The notes under the pieces were generated by a model. It saw only the letters and a list, made by a program, of their open reading frames with translations. It made no database searches and had not been told where the DNA came from. From an uncultured Gammaproteobacteria bacterium (lineage in GTDB: Bacteria; Patescibacteriota; Patescibacteriia; SG8-24; DYFX01): DNA of 64,000 bases. The DNA lies in NCBI GenBank assembly GCA_964404275.1, contig CAYOJH010000004.1:5172-69171 (forward strand). The letters run 5' to 3'. The translations under genes and the position numbers were made by a program. Below, one piece after another: positions 25,927-35,509 of this stretch (its first letter is position 1; every line of letters begins with the position of its first letter).

Positions 25927-27222
25927 TCAGAGCTCGTCGAGCTTCTGCAGGCCTTGGCCTAGAGAATCGACGCGTTGCGGCGCGGGCGGCGGAGGCATCG
26001 GCTTGGTCTGGATGACCGGCCGGGGCGCCTCGTACGGCTTCGTCGCGACGCTGCTCGAGCTTGCGCTCGGCAGCGGCAGCGGCGTGCTTTGCGGCATCCC
26101 TCGCAGGGACGCGCCGCTTTCGATCGACGGACGGTTCTCTTTCTTCTTTCCGCCGATCGAATCGAACTTCTTCTCGATGTCTTCAAGCGTCTGGTCGCCG
26201 TCATGTCCCGTCAGTCCCTTCCACGACACCCCGCTGTCTGTCTTGTAGAGCAAGAAGACGACGAGGATGACGGAAAGGATGCCGACGATCTTGGCGGCTT
26301 GGAACCACGTGCCTTTCTTCTCTTTATCCTTCGTGAACGCGCCCTTGAGGAGCATCGCCGCGGGGATCAGGAGAATCAGACCGACGGCCCACTCGGCGTT
26401 GTTGCGCGCCGAGAACCACTCATCGAGGCGGCTGAAGCTTGCGCTCCCGAAGGAGTTGGGAAACAGCTCGCTGACGATGAAGACCGTGACGAAGGCCAGG
26501 AAGGCGATGATGCTCACCCACTTGACCTTTTCGATGATCGGACCGACTTCCGCGTTCTGGTGGATGACCGCCAGGATCGCCGGCATGGCGATGGCCGCCA
26601 TGATGACGATCAGGCCGAGCGATTTCCACGAGACGAAGAAGATGAACGGAAGGAAGGCGGCATTCATGAGCACGAGCAGAGCGAAGCTCGACTTGTACTT
26701 CTGATGCAGCGACTTCATTTCTTCCCGTTTCTCCGAAGCCTTGATCTCGATCTTCGATCCATCCGGCGACTTGAGCTTCAGGATCGCTTTGATCCGATCG
26801 GACTCGAGGACGGAGGTGAAGACGAAGGACAAGCGATCGCCGAGCGCGTAGAGACCGATGCAGAGCAGCGTCAGCATGAGTACGCCCGAGGCCGCCAGCA
26901 TCTGGCCGACGAACGGGTAGCCCATCTGCTGTTTCGCCAGGATCCCGGCGCACAGGAGCGCGAGGCTGAAGAGGAACCAGCGGCGGACGAAGCGGCGGAA
27001 GGCGGGCCAGTATTCGATCCACCATTCCGCGGCCATCCGATAGCCGTCCTCCGCCAGGGCGTAGCCGAGTTCGCCGAGCTTTTTGACCGCTTTCCAAAGG
27101 GCGGGAAGGCCCTTCTTGGCGATCTTCTGCTGCGGCAGCACCAGGAACAGGCCGATGATCACGATCAATTTCGCGACGTGATCGACGTACCTGTCGAGAA
27201 AACCGGTTTTCTTGTCAGCCAC
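25927..27222 (-). CDS. hypothetical polytopic membrane protein with Pro-rich C-terminus
   Basis: GTG start with GAAAGG RBS; ~8 TM helices; track's + strand ORF 25975..28530 is a shadow. Confidence 0.5.
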   Translation of the reverse strand: MADKKTGFLDRYVDHVAKLIVIIGLFLVLPQQKIAKKGLPALWKAVKKLGELGYALAEDGYRMAAEWWIEYWPAFRRFVRRWFLFSLALLCAGILAKQQMGYPFVGQMLAASGVLMLTLLCIGLYALGDRLSFVFTSVLESDRIKAILKLKSPDGSKIEIKASEKREEMKSLHQKYKSSFALLVLMNAAFLPFIFFVSWKSLGLIVIMAAIAMPAILAVIHQNAEVGPIIEKVKWVSIIAFLAFVTVFIVSELFPNSFGSASFSRLDEWFSARNNAEWAVGLILLIPAAMLLKGAFTKDKEKKGTWFQAAKIVGILSVILVVFLLYKTDSGVSWKGLTGHDGDQTLEDIEKKFDSIGGKKKENRPSIESGASLRGMPQSTPLPLPSASSSSVATKPYEAPRPVIQTKPMPPPPAPQRVDSLGQGLQKLDEL

Positions 27223-27234
27223 GGGAACCGCCTT

Positions 27235-28386
27235 TCAGTGGGGCAGAAGGTTGTAAGAGTGGAGCATCCAGCAGACCGCGACAATCGCCGCGAGTCCGAA
27301 GAACACGATCCGATTCCGCGAGCTGGCGCGGCGAGCGTTGTCCGCTTGCTGCGCTTTGCGCGCGGCGGTGCGATCCTTGCGGATCTTCGCATCGCGGCGC
27401 ACGCGCGCGGCGAGACCTCCGATCCAATCACCGGCCTTGTCGATCTGCTCGAACAGGCTGTCGATCATCTCTTCGGTCTCTTTCAGTTCGCGCTCGAGCA
27501 TCGACTTGGACGGCTCGGTCTTTCCGAGATAGTCGTCCAGCCAATCGTGCCATTCCGCGCACGGCTGACGCAGCACGTAGCGGAAGTCCTCGTAGTTGTC
27601 GCGACCGTGGAACGCCTCGTAGAATTTCATCTTGAGGCCGTGATCCTCGTCCGTCATGATCCGATACGGACCGGGGACGAAGCCGTCGCCGACGACGATC
27701 TTCTGGAACTGCGTCGGCTCCTCTTGATGGGACCGGCGCAGGTGCGCGTAGAGCGACGGGCCGCTCGGCTTCGGCGCGGGCGTTTCCGCCTTCGCTTCGG
27801 CCTTGGGCTCTCCCTTTCGGACGCTTGTCGCGACGGTCGCGGCAATCTCCGTGGCGGGATCGAGGCATCCGTTGCGACAGACGTTGTGGCCGCGTTTGAG
27901 CGCGTCCTCGAGCGTAATGTCGTCCGGACCTTTCTCGCCTTTTCCGAAGCGCGGCCGCTGCACATGCGTGCAGTTCGCGGGATACCAGATCCCGTTGACC
28001 ACGTATCCCTTGCGTTGGGACTGCTCATCGCCGACCGGCGGCTTCTCGTCAGACTTGGCTGCGGCCGCCTTCTTGGCGAGCGCTTCCTTGAGACCGCGGC
28101 CAACTTCGTCGAGCATGTCGTTCGCGTAGTTGCACATCTCGTCGCCGATCGCTCCATCCGGGAAGATCGAGCGGTCGACTTGGAAGATGCCGGCGGCGAT
28201 CTCAATGATGCTGCCGGGGATCTTCTCGAGCAGGCTCTTGAACGCTTTGACGATGCCGGCGGGCCACTTGAGACCCCGCTTTTCGAGCTCGGTCTCCAGG
28301 TTCTGGAGCAGGGCCGGTATCCGGCGCCCGAGTTCCTGCGAAAAGTCCTCGGCCTTGAGCTTGAAGGCTTGGGTGACGTCGATCAT
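27235..28386 (-). CDS. hypothetical protein with C-terminal TM anchor
   Basis: RBS GGAGGAA 6 nt before ATG (MIDVTQ...). Confidence 0.5.
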   Translation of the reverse strand: MIDVTQAFKLKAEDFSQELGRRIPALLQNLETELEKRGLKWPAGIVKAFKSLLEKIPGSIIEIAAGIFQVDRSIFPDGAIGDEMCNYANDMLDEVGRGLKEALAKKAAAAKSDEKPPVGDEQSQRKGYVVNGIWYPANCTHVQRPRFGKGEKGPDDITLEDALKRGHNVCRNGCLDPATEIAATVATSVRKGEPKAEAKAETPAPKPSGPSLYAHLRRSHQEEPTQFQKIVVGDGFVPGPYRIMTDEDHGLKMKFYEAFHGRDNYEDFRYVLRQPCAEWHDWLDDYLGKTEPSKSMLERELKETEEMIDSLFEQIDKAGDWIGGLAARVRRDAKIRKDRTAARKAQQADNARRASSRNRIVFFGLAAIVAVCWMLHSYNLLPH

Positions 28387-28489
28387 GGGAATTCCTCCAG
28401 TTGTCAAAGGCCGGATCCGGCCTTTTCCTTGCGGAAATGGGCCGAATGCCACGTCTCTGACAGGCGAAACGCCCGTCATCGTGGACCGA

Positions 28490-28522
28490 GCACTCTAGCA
28501 CAAAAAGGCTATTTTGTCAAGG
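28490..28522 (-). promoter_or_regulatory. sigma70-like promoter TTGACAaaatagcc-N-TAGAGT
   Basis: consensus hexamers on minus strand upstream of 28386 gene. Confidence 0.5.
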
Positions 28523-28623
28523 TTCTTTGACATTACTTTTGGCCCGTTTTGAGCTGAAAATTTCTTGCTCCCCGCCTGAAAAGGCGGTACAGTGGAGATG
28601 CCGATTATTCTTATCTCAAGGAT

Positions 28624-29025
28624 ATGGCCAAGCGTAAGGTCCAGGCGAGGAAGTCAGAACCGGTTAAGCTCGAGGAGCCGTGGCTGACGGACGAACTGGA
28701 AGGGCAATTATCGGTCGACGTCTATCAGAAAGGCGGTGCGATCGTCGTGAAATCCACGATCGCCGGCGTCGAACCCGAAGACCTTGAGATCTTCCTCAAT
28801 CGCGACATGCTGACCATCAAGGGCAAGCGCGAGCACGAGGGCCGCGTCGAGCAGGGCGACTACTTCATCCGCGAATGCTACTGGGGAAAATTCTCGCGGA
28901 CGATCATCCTGCCGAGCGACGTGAAAAGCGAAGAAGCCAAAGCCACGCTCAAAGACGGAGTGCTGACGATCGCGATGCCCAAGGCGCAGCACGCGCGCGC
29001 CATTCCGGTGAAATTGATTATTTGA
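28624..29025 (+). CDS. Hsp20/alpha-crystallin family small heat-shock protein
   Basis: alpha-crystallin domain with GVLTI motif. Confidence 0.85.
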   Translation: MAKRKVQARKSEPVKLEEPWLTDELEGQLSVDVYQKGGAIVVKSTIAGVEPEDLEIFLNRDMLTIKGKREHEGRVEQGDYFIRECYWGKFSRTIILPSDVKSEEAKATLKDGVLTIAMPKAQHARAIPVKLII

Positions 29026-29044
29026 ACTGGACCCCGATATCGGG

Positions 29045-30976
29045 GTGACAGGTACGATGTCCGACTCGACCAAAAAACGCCTGACGGGATCGCCCAGACA
29101 TCTGATTCTCGCCGGCGTTTTTTGTCTGCTGCTGCTTTCGGGCCTCTTGGCCGTGCAGATCGCGCGGGCCGACGGCCGCATCCTGCCGAACGTTTCGGTC
29201 GGCGGCGTCGACGTCGGCGGGCTCGCGCCGAACGAAGCGAAAGCGCGTCTGGAAGATGCGCTCCGCGCGCTCAACGTGGCGGGACTCGAGTTCCGCTACG
29301 GCGATCGCACGCTGACGGTCAAAGCGAACGAGAAAGGCGCGGCCTCGCCGTCGGAATCCCCCGTCACCTACGACATCGACGGCATGGTCGAGGCCGCCTT
29401 CGCCTTCGGGCACGACGCCGGCACGCTCTCGCTGCTCAAGGCCAACGTGCGCGCGCTCTTCGCCGACGTGCGTCAGCCCGCGCTCGTGATCGTCGACACG
29501 AAGGCGCTGCATGATCTGCTGGTCTTGCGCTTCGGCGAGCTCGAACAGCCGGCCAAGAACGCGACGCTCACGATCACGAGCGCGCTGATTCCGATCTCCC
29601 AGGATGCGGACGCCACCACGACGCCCGCCATGCGCACGGTCTGGAACGCTTCCGTCAATCCCGACTCGACCGGGCTAACATTCGATTACGACAAGGCCGT
29701 CGATCAGGCCGCCCTCGGTCTGGGACGCTGGCAAGGCGCCGCCGTCGCGCTGCGCGCCGCCACCATGCCTCCGACCATCGCGACAGCCGATGCCGAAGCC
29801 AAGATCGACGCGGTCACGAGCGCCCTGAACCGAGGCGACGCCACCTTGGCCTACGATACGTTGACCTGGACGATCCCCCAGAAAACCGTGGCAAAAGCCC
29901 TGGTTTTGAGGAAAAAAACGGACGGGACGGTCGGGGTGACGCTGAACCACGACGTGATCGAACCGTTCCTGAACCAGGCCGCGAGCGCGATCGAGAGCGA
30001 CCCTAAGCCGACGCATTTCACGGTCGATAAGAACGGCCGCGCGACGGACTTCATCGGTGGCGCGCTCGGAAAACGGATCGACCGCGAAGAGAGCTTGGCG
30101 CGTATCGACGCGCAGTTCGAAACCTCCGAGAACGGCGTGTTCCCGATCGCCGTCACGACGGTCTCCTCCTCGCAATCCGATCCGATCGCGCAGGAGCTCG
30201 GCGTCGCGGAACTGCTCGGCTACGGCACTTCGAGTTTTTCCGGCAGTCCGAAAAATCGCCGCGCCAACATCGCGAACGGCGCCGCGCGCTTGAACGGCTT
30301 GATCATCGATCCCGGCGCGGAAGCGGGCTTGCTCGATGAGCTGCGGCCGTTCGATCAATCCGGCGGCTATCTGCAAGAACTCGTCATCAAGGATAATCGC
30401 ACTGTGCCGGAATATGGCGGCGGCCTTTGTCAGATTGGCACGACGACGTTCCGCGCCGTGATGAACGCCGGCTTGCCGGTCACCGAGCGCCAAAATCATT
30501 CGTATCGCGTCGTCTATTACGAGCCCGCCGGCACCGATGCGACCATTTACGATCCCGCACCAGATTTCAAATTCGTGAACGACACGCAGAACCATGTCGT
30601 GCTAATCACCAAGATTACCGGCGACACGGCGCGCTTCGAACTCTGGGGCACGCGCGACGGCCGCGTCGAGAAGCAGAGCCCGGTCAAGATGACAAACGTC
30701 ACGCCGCCGCCGGATCCGAAGCTGATCGAAACGTCGGCGCTGGCCGACGGCCAGAAAAAATGTTTCGAATCCGCGCACGCCGGCGCGACCACCGACTTCA
30801 CTTACACCGTCACCTACCCGGACGGCACGGTGAAGACGAAGGGCTTCCATAGCGTCTACAAGCCTTGGCAGCAGCAATGCCTCGTCGGCAAAACCGGCGC
30901 GCCGCACATCTCGCTCCAGAAGGACGGCTCGCTGAAGGAAATACCGATCGCTTCCGCGACGACGACCGCGATCTAG
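29045..30976 (+). CDS. VanW-family protein (N-terminal TM anchor, PG-binding-like region, VanW domain)
   Basis: VanW signature GGGLCQIGTTTFRAVMNAGLPVTERQNHSYRV. Confidence 0.7.
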   Translation: MTGTMSDSTKKRLTGSPRHLILAGVFCLLLLSGLLAVQIARADGRILPNVSVGGVDVGGLAPNEAKARLEDALRALNVAGLEFRYGDRTLTVKANEKGAASPSESPVTYDIDGMVEAAFAFGHDAGTLSLLKANVRALFADVRQPALVIVDTKALHDLLVLRFGELEQPAKNATLTITSALIPISQDADATTTPAMRTVWNASVNPDSTGLTFDYDKAVDQAALGLGRWQGAAVALRAATMPPTIATADAEAKIDAVTSALNRGDATLAYDTLTWTIPQKTVAKALVLRKKTDGTVGVTLNHDVIEPFLNQAASAIESDPKPTHFTVDKNGRATDFIGGALGKRIDREESLARIDAQFETSENGVFPIAVTTVSSSQSDPIAQELGVAELLGYGTSSFSGSPKNRRANIANGAARLNGLIIDPGAEAGLLDELRPFDQSGGYLQELVIKDNRTVPEYGGGLCQIGTTTFRAVMNAGLPVTERQNHSYRVVYYEPAGTDATIYDPAPDFKFVNDTQNHVVLITKITGDTARFELWGTRDGRVEKQSPVKMTNVTPPPDPKLIETSALADGQKKCFESAHAGATTDFTYTVTYPDGTVKTKGFHSVYKPWQQQCLVGKTGAPHISLQKDGSLKEIPIASATTTAI

Positions 30977-30984
30977 AAACGAAA

Positions 30985-31016
30985 AACCCCGCGCCGGTTG
31001 GTGCGGGGTTTTTCTT
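30985..31016 (+). terminator. Rho-independent terminator
   Basis: aaaaaccccgcgccggttggtgcggggttttt. Confidence 0.65.
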
Positions 31017-31363
31017 CTCCATGCGTTTGCGGAGATGTTCTGCAGGAAATCGCGCTCAAGAAGATGTCTTATAGAAGCGTTCGAGCCGGGGCCCGAAGTA
31101 CCCTATGAGACATCTCCATGCTTGTCGTGAGCGCGAGTTTCTACAGACCAAGAATGTTTGGATCCGAAACGGTCGGCCGTGACAGGAATGCGGAGCGCGG
31201 TGCTCAAGCAACGCCGCACTCTACCACGGGGTCGAAAGGCTGTCAAGAAATTGAGCCGGTGTTTCACGTCATTGTTTCATGTTTTACTGACATTTTTAAG
31301 GCGGACTTGCTCAATTTAAGCTTGATTTTAAGGCTTTTATTTGTCTGTTACCATTGACAAAAC

Positions 31364-31392
31364 CGTCTTTTTGTGATATTCTGCGGTTGTTC
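31364..31392 (+). promoter_or_regulatory. sigma70-like promoter TTGACAaaacc-N17-TATTCT in AT-rich region
   Basis: near-consensus hexamers with 17-bp spacer. Confidence 0.5.
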
Positions 31393-31417
31393 GAACACTC
31401 TAAAGAAAGGCGCAACA

Positions 31418-31501
31418 TGACCCGCAGCGAATTGCGTCTGCTCACCCGCTGGAGCCTCGTGGCCCTGGCGATCGCCCTCGTCAACTGCATCTCGTCCTGA
31501 T
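31418..31501 (+). CDS. possible 27-aa hydrophobic peptide (MTRSELRLLTRWSLVALAIALVNCISS)
   Basis: short ORF directly downstream of the promoter; speculative. Confidence 0.2.
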
Positions 31502-31527
31502 CGTCCACCCTCACAGAAAGGAACCCC

Positions 31528-31842
31528 GTGCAGCACCTTCCCAGCGACGTCCATGACCTGATCAAAGAAGGCCGCCACCTCGAAGCCGCCGCTCTCGCGG
31601 CCAAGCTCGCGCCGAGCTATGACCGGCTGACCCTGATCGGTCAGATCGCCGTCATCATCGACGACGCCTTCCGGACCGGCCACGACGCGGCCGCCTGCAT
31701 CCTCCTCGAGGAGCACCTCGTCAGCCTCGACACGATCGAGAAGTGTGCGGCTCCGCGCGACCTCGACGACGCGCCGCTCTTCCTCGATGACTTGCTGGTC
31801 ATGGTGACCGACGACGACCGCTTCTTCTGGAGCGCGCAGTGA
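31528..31842 (+). CDS. hypothetical small acidic protein
   Basis: ORF only. Confidence 0.35.
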   Translation: MQHLPSDVHDLIKEGRHLEAAALAAKLAPSYDRLTLIGQIAVIIDDAFRTGHDAAACILLEEHLVSLDTIEKCAAPRDLDDAPLFLDDLLVMVTDDDRFFWSAQ

Positions 31843-32082
31843 AAGAGGACTTCTGGGCCGAGATCTGTCGGCATCTCAAGACCGACAAGACGGGCCTCGT
31901 GATCCGCGCGACGTTTCCCGTCGCTCTGATCGCCGGCCTGATCGCCAACTACCTCTAGTCCTTTCTCTCGTTTCCGGGGACCACTCGTCCCCTTCAGTCT
32001 CGGCTGCCGAACGGCTTACAATGCCGTCGGGCAGCGGAATCCTGAACCCAGCGTTCCTCACATTCAACCAGCGAGGTGACCG

Positions 32083-32868
32083 ATGATCTCCATCAAACGC
32101 GTTTCGTTTCTCTCCGCTCTCGGCTTCATCGCCGTGATGGCGATCGCCTGCGCCACCAGCGGTTGCGGCGATAACCTCCAAAAGGAGATGCCGGACGCCG
32201 GAAGCCCCGACGGAACGACCGTCGCACGGCCCGACGCCGCGCCGACGCCCGACGCGACGCCTGACGCCATGGACCCGACCGGTCCGTCGGTCTCGCAGGA
32301 CGCGCCGATCGTCAACGCGATCCCGCTGCCGGCGACGACGCTTTCCGATTTCGGCACGCCGATGATCCATCGCATGGTCATCACCGCGCCGGCCGGAGCG
32401 GACGCGCTCGTGAAAAAGCTGTCGTATGAGGTCGACCTCGCGACCGCGCATCCGGAATCGTTCTCGACGTACGTGCCGAGACTGCGCATCGTCGGATCGC
32501 CCGACGATCTGCCGGAGCGCACGAACGACGTGGACTGGATCGGCGGCGGCGATTGCGGATTCGTCAGCAATGCTTCCAAGCGCTGCGTGATGATCGTCCT
32601 CGATGCGCCGCTCGCGATCCCGGCCGGAACCTGCGTCACGCTCGACTTCTCTCTTCAAATCGCCGGCTTCTTCGCGAGCGGCGACACGGTCACGACGACG
32701 CCGGTCATCGACGCGGCGGACCGACAAGGTCCGATCCACGGCGCCGGTATCCAGACGAGCATCGGCGGCATCATGGACGGCGCGCTCTGGTCCAACGACG
32801 GCCTATGGTTTTACAATGGCCACTCGATCGTCTGGAACCAGCCGCTGGCCGAAACGCTGACGCGCTGA
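32083..32868 (+). CDS. putative lipoprotein (secreted, Asp/Pro-rich linker)
   Basis: signal peptide + lipobox-like IACATSGC. Confidence 0.5.
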   Translation: MISIKRVSFLSALGFIAVMAIACATSGCGDNLQKEMPDAGSPDGTTVARPDAAPTPDATPDAMDPTGPSVSQDAPIVNAIPLPATTLSDFGTPMIHRMVITAPAGADALVKKLSYEVDLATAHPESFSTYVPRLRIVGSPDDLPERTNDVDWIGGGDCGFVSNASKRCVMIVLDAPLAIPAGTCVTLDFSLQIAGFFASGDTVTTTPVIDAADRQGPIHGAGIQTSIGGIMDGALWSNDGLWFYNGHSIVWNQPLAETLTR

Positions 32869-32925
32869 ACCTTCAATCCTTTTACCTCGTTCTTCGACCA
32901 CCACCACAAGGAAGGCAGGTCTCTC

Positions 32926-33750
32926 ATGGCCGTGAACAAGCCGCTCGAGTTCCTCTTGAACGACATCGACCAGCTGATCGCCACCAAGATCGATCCCGCG
33001 ATCCTCGGCCGCGAGGACTTGAGCCAGAACCTTCACGTCCTGGCCTCGTACCGCCAGGGCTCCGACGCTCTCGCCGACACGATCCGCGAGATCTCGGCCG
33101 AGAAGGTCAGGAACGAGGCGCTCCTGGCCAAACGCGAGGCGTCCGCTTCCGAAGCCGCGTCGCGAATGCCCGAGGCCCGCAAGTCCGTCAGGAAGGCGAA
33201 GAACCTCGGACGCCGCATCAAGACGAATCGCGAAGCGATCAAGGAGACCGCTCGGCGGATCGCCAGGAAGCCGAAGGATCTCGCGCAGCTCGAGGCGTCC
33301 AACGCCGAGCGCGGTGCGCTGATCGGACAGCTCATGGATGAACTCAGCGCGATCGTCGGCGTCTTCCTGATCGCTCATGCGAACCTGAAGAAGGCCGAGA
33401 CGCTGCGCAAGCAGAGCGCGACCCGCGTCGCCAACCTGGCGAAGCGGCTCGAGAAGGCGGATCGCGCCTTCAACGAGCACGCCGCGTCGCGCGAAGCGAT
33501 GGTCGAGCTCGCGATGAAGACCTTCGATCATCTGCGCAACCGCCAGGCGAAGCACGATCGCAAGATCGCCGAGCGCCAGGCCAAGCAGCAGCCGATCGAG
33601 GTCGTCACGACCGCGCCGATCGAGGCCCCCAAGGCCCCGAGCGACCAGGACGTGATCGCCTGGGCAGCCGAGCACGGCCTGCCGATCGAAAGCGAGAACG
33701 ACCGCCTCGGCGCGATCGAGCTCTACCAGCAGCACGGCCGCGCCGCCTGA
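32926..33750 (+). CDS. coiled-coil hypothetical protein
   Basis: heptad-rich basic/acidic sequence. Confidence 0.5.
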   Translation: MAVNKPLEFLLNDIDQLIATKIDPAILGREDLSQNLHVLASYRQGSDALADTIREISAEKVRNEALLAKREASASEAASRMPEARKSVRKAKNLGRRIKTNREAIKETARRIARKPKDLAQLEASNAERGALIGQLMDELSAIVGVFLIAHANLKKAETLRKQSATRVANLAKRLEKADRAFNEHAASREAMVELAMKTFDHLRNRQAKHDRKIAERQAKQQPIEVVTTAPIEAPKAPSDQDVIAWAAEHGLPIESENDRLGAIELYQQHGRAA

Positions 33751-34046
33751 TCGTTCCTTCCGTCAACTCTTTCCCCAGGGACTTCGGTTCCTGGGCTCTC
33801 ACCCGGCACTTCTGTAGAATATCTGCAGGAGCCCCGAGCCGGAGCCCACACTTGCGAAAGGACAACGCCGTGAACCCCATCGTTCCTTCGAACAGCAATC
33901 TTCCCGACGGTCCGGAGATCTTCCGCAAGGACACGACGCACTCCGGCGTGCTCCACGCGCGCAAGCTCTACCGCGACTACCTCGAGCGCCTCGCCTCCGG
34001 CGAGATCCGCAACGAGAACGACGACGACGCGCAGGAGGCCGCTTAG

Positions 34047-34256
34047 ATGAAGCACTCCTTCAACACGTCGATCATCGTCGGCTTCTTCATGGGGCTGACC
34101 GGCCTCCTGACGATCGTCGCGACCTGCGCGCTCTACGAGGCCGGAGTGACCGTCTCGGACGGGCTCAGCTCCAGCGCGCCGAGCGTCGAGAAGAAATTTC
34201 CGGCGCACCCGCGCCACGAAGTCCAGCCCGCCCTGCCGGTCGCCCTCAACCCGTGA
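34047..34256 (+). CDS. small membrane protein
   Basis: one TM helix. Confidence 0.3.
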   Translation: MKHSFNTSIIVGFFMGLTGLLTIVATCALYEAGVTVSDGLSSSAPSVEKKFPAHPRHEVQPALPVALNP

Positions 34257-34309
34257 CGCATCTCGTCACGGAACAAAAACCCGCGCCTCTCAGCGCGGGT
34301 TTATGACAT

Positions 34310-34930
34310 TCAGGATTTCTTGATGATCTTGTCGATCAAGCCGTACTTCTTGGCTTCGTCGGCCGTCATGAAGTTGTCGCGATCCGTGTCTTTGTCGATC
34401 TTATTGAACGGCTGCCCGGTCGCCTTCGACAGGATCTGGTTGAGCGAGTCCTTCATCTTCAGGATGCGCTCCGCGCGGATCTTGATGTCGGAGGCTTGGC
34501 CTTCGGCGCCGCCGAGCACCTGGTGGATCATGATCTCGGAATTCTCGAGCGCGAAGCGCTTGCCTTTCTGGCCGCCGGCCAGAAGCACCGCGCCCATCGA
34601 AGCCGCCATGCCGACGCAGATCGTCGAAACGTCCGGCTTGATGTAGTTCATCGTGTCGAGAATCGCGAGGCCGGCCGTGACGGAACCGCCCGGCGAGTTG
34701 ACGTAGATCTTGATGTCGCGCTCCTTGTCCTGGCTTTCGAGGAACAAGAGCTGGGCGATCACGATGTTGGCGACGTGATCGTCGATGCCTTCGCCCAGGA
34801 AGATGATGCGGTCCTTGAGCAGGCGCGAATAAATATCATACGCGCGTTCGCCCTGCGGCGTCTTCTCGATGACGGTCGGGATCAAATAATTGTTCTGCGG
34901 AAACGAATTGATGGCGTAGGGATTTTTCAT
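34310..34930 (-). CDS. clpP: ATP-dependent Clp protease proteolytic subunit
   Basis: catalytic Ser motif GMAASMGA and His in IMIHQ; ~200 aa. Confidence 0.9.
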   Translation of the reverse strand: MKNPYAINSFPQNNYLIPTVIEKTPQGERAYDIYSRLLKDRIIFLGEGIDDHVANIVIAQLLFLESQDKERDIKIYVNSPGGSVTAGLAILDTMNYIKPDVSTICVGMAASMGAVLLAGGQKGKRFALENSEIMIHQVLGGAEGQASDIKIRAERILKMKDSLNQILSKATGQPFNKIDKDTDRDNFMTADEAKKYGLIDKIIKKS

Positions 34931-34988
34931 ACAGGTAAAGTATATCGCTAGGCCGTTCCTTTGACAAAGACGCACGAGGGCTTGGGTT

Positions 34989-35160
34989 ATGTCATCCCTG
35001 CGAAAGCAGGGATCCAGTACCGCCAGAAGTCGTTATTGAACTGGATTCCAGCTTGCGCTGGAATGACAAGGGGGCGTGCGTCGAGCCGTGCATGTCATCC
35101 CTGCGAAAGCAGGGGGCAGCACTTACACATGTCATCCCTGCGAAAGCAGGGATCCAGTAC
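34989..35160. repeat. cluster of four REP-like hairpin repeats (TGTCATCCCTGCGAAAGCAGGGATCCAGTAC and variant GGATTCCAGCTTGCGCTGGAATGACA)
   Basis: copies at 34989-35019, 35038-35070, 35093-35119, 35129-35160; family also at 748-775, 35451-35482, 42264-42289, 17197-17268. Confidence 0.75.
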
Positions 35161-35163
35161 CTA

Positions 35164-35448
35164 TCAAAAATTATAGGATAGATCCTTCCAATCCGGATTT
35201 TCCCTCTCGATCAATTGGATTTTCCAATCACGTTTCCAAGCCTTCAGCTGTTTCTCGCGCTGAATGGCAGAAAACACATCGCTTGTTTCTTCAAAATAAA
35301 CGAGTGTCTTTAAACCATACGTTCGCGTGAACCCCGCCACCACTCCGGCCCGATGTTCCGTGATCCGTCGCAAGAGATCGTTTGTCACACCAATGTACAG
35401 TGCTCCACCGAGCCGATTTGTCAGAATATACACGTAGTACGTGCGCAT
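35164..35448 (-). CDS. GIY-YIG nuclease-domain protein (~94 aa)
   Basis: YYVYILTNRLGGALYIGVTNDLLRRITEH...REKQLKAW; bracketed by REP-like repeats. Confidence 0.75.
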   Translation of the reverse strand: MRTYYVYILTNRLGGALYIGVTNDLLRRITEHRAGVVAGFTRTYGLKTLVYFEETSDVFSAIQREKQLKAWKRDWKIQLIERENPDWKDLSYNF

Positions 35449-35450
35449 AG

Positions 35451-35482
35451 GTACTGGATTCCAGCTTGCGCTGGAATGACAT
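35451..35482. repeat. REP-like repeat (CCAGCTTGCGCTGG variant) abutting the GIY-YIG start
   Basis: GTACTGGATTCCAGCTTGCGCTGGAATGACAT. Confidence 0.7.
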
Positions 35483-35509
35483 ACCTCTACGCTCGCACGC
35501 AAGCCTTCT

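Noticed and set aside
25975-28530. 851-aa + strand ORF
   Set aside because: Antisense to two minus-strand genes that have promoters and RBSs; Arg/Asp/Gly-rich shadow ORF
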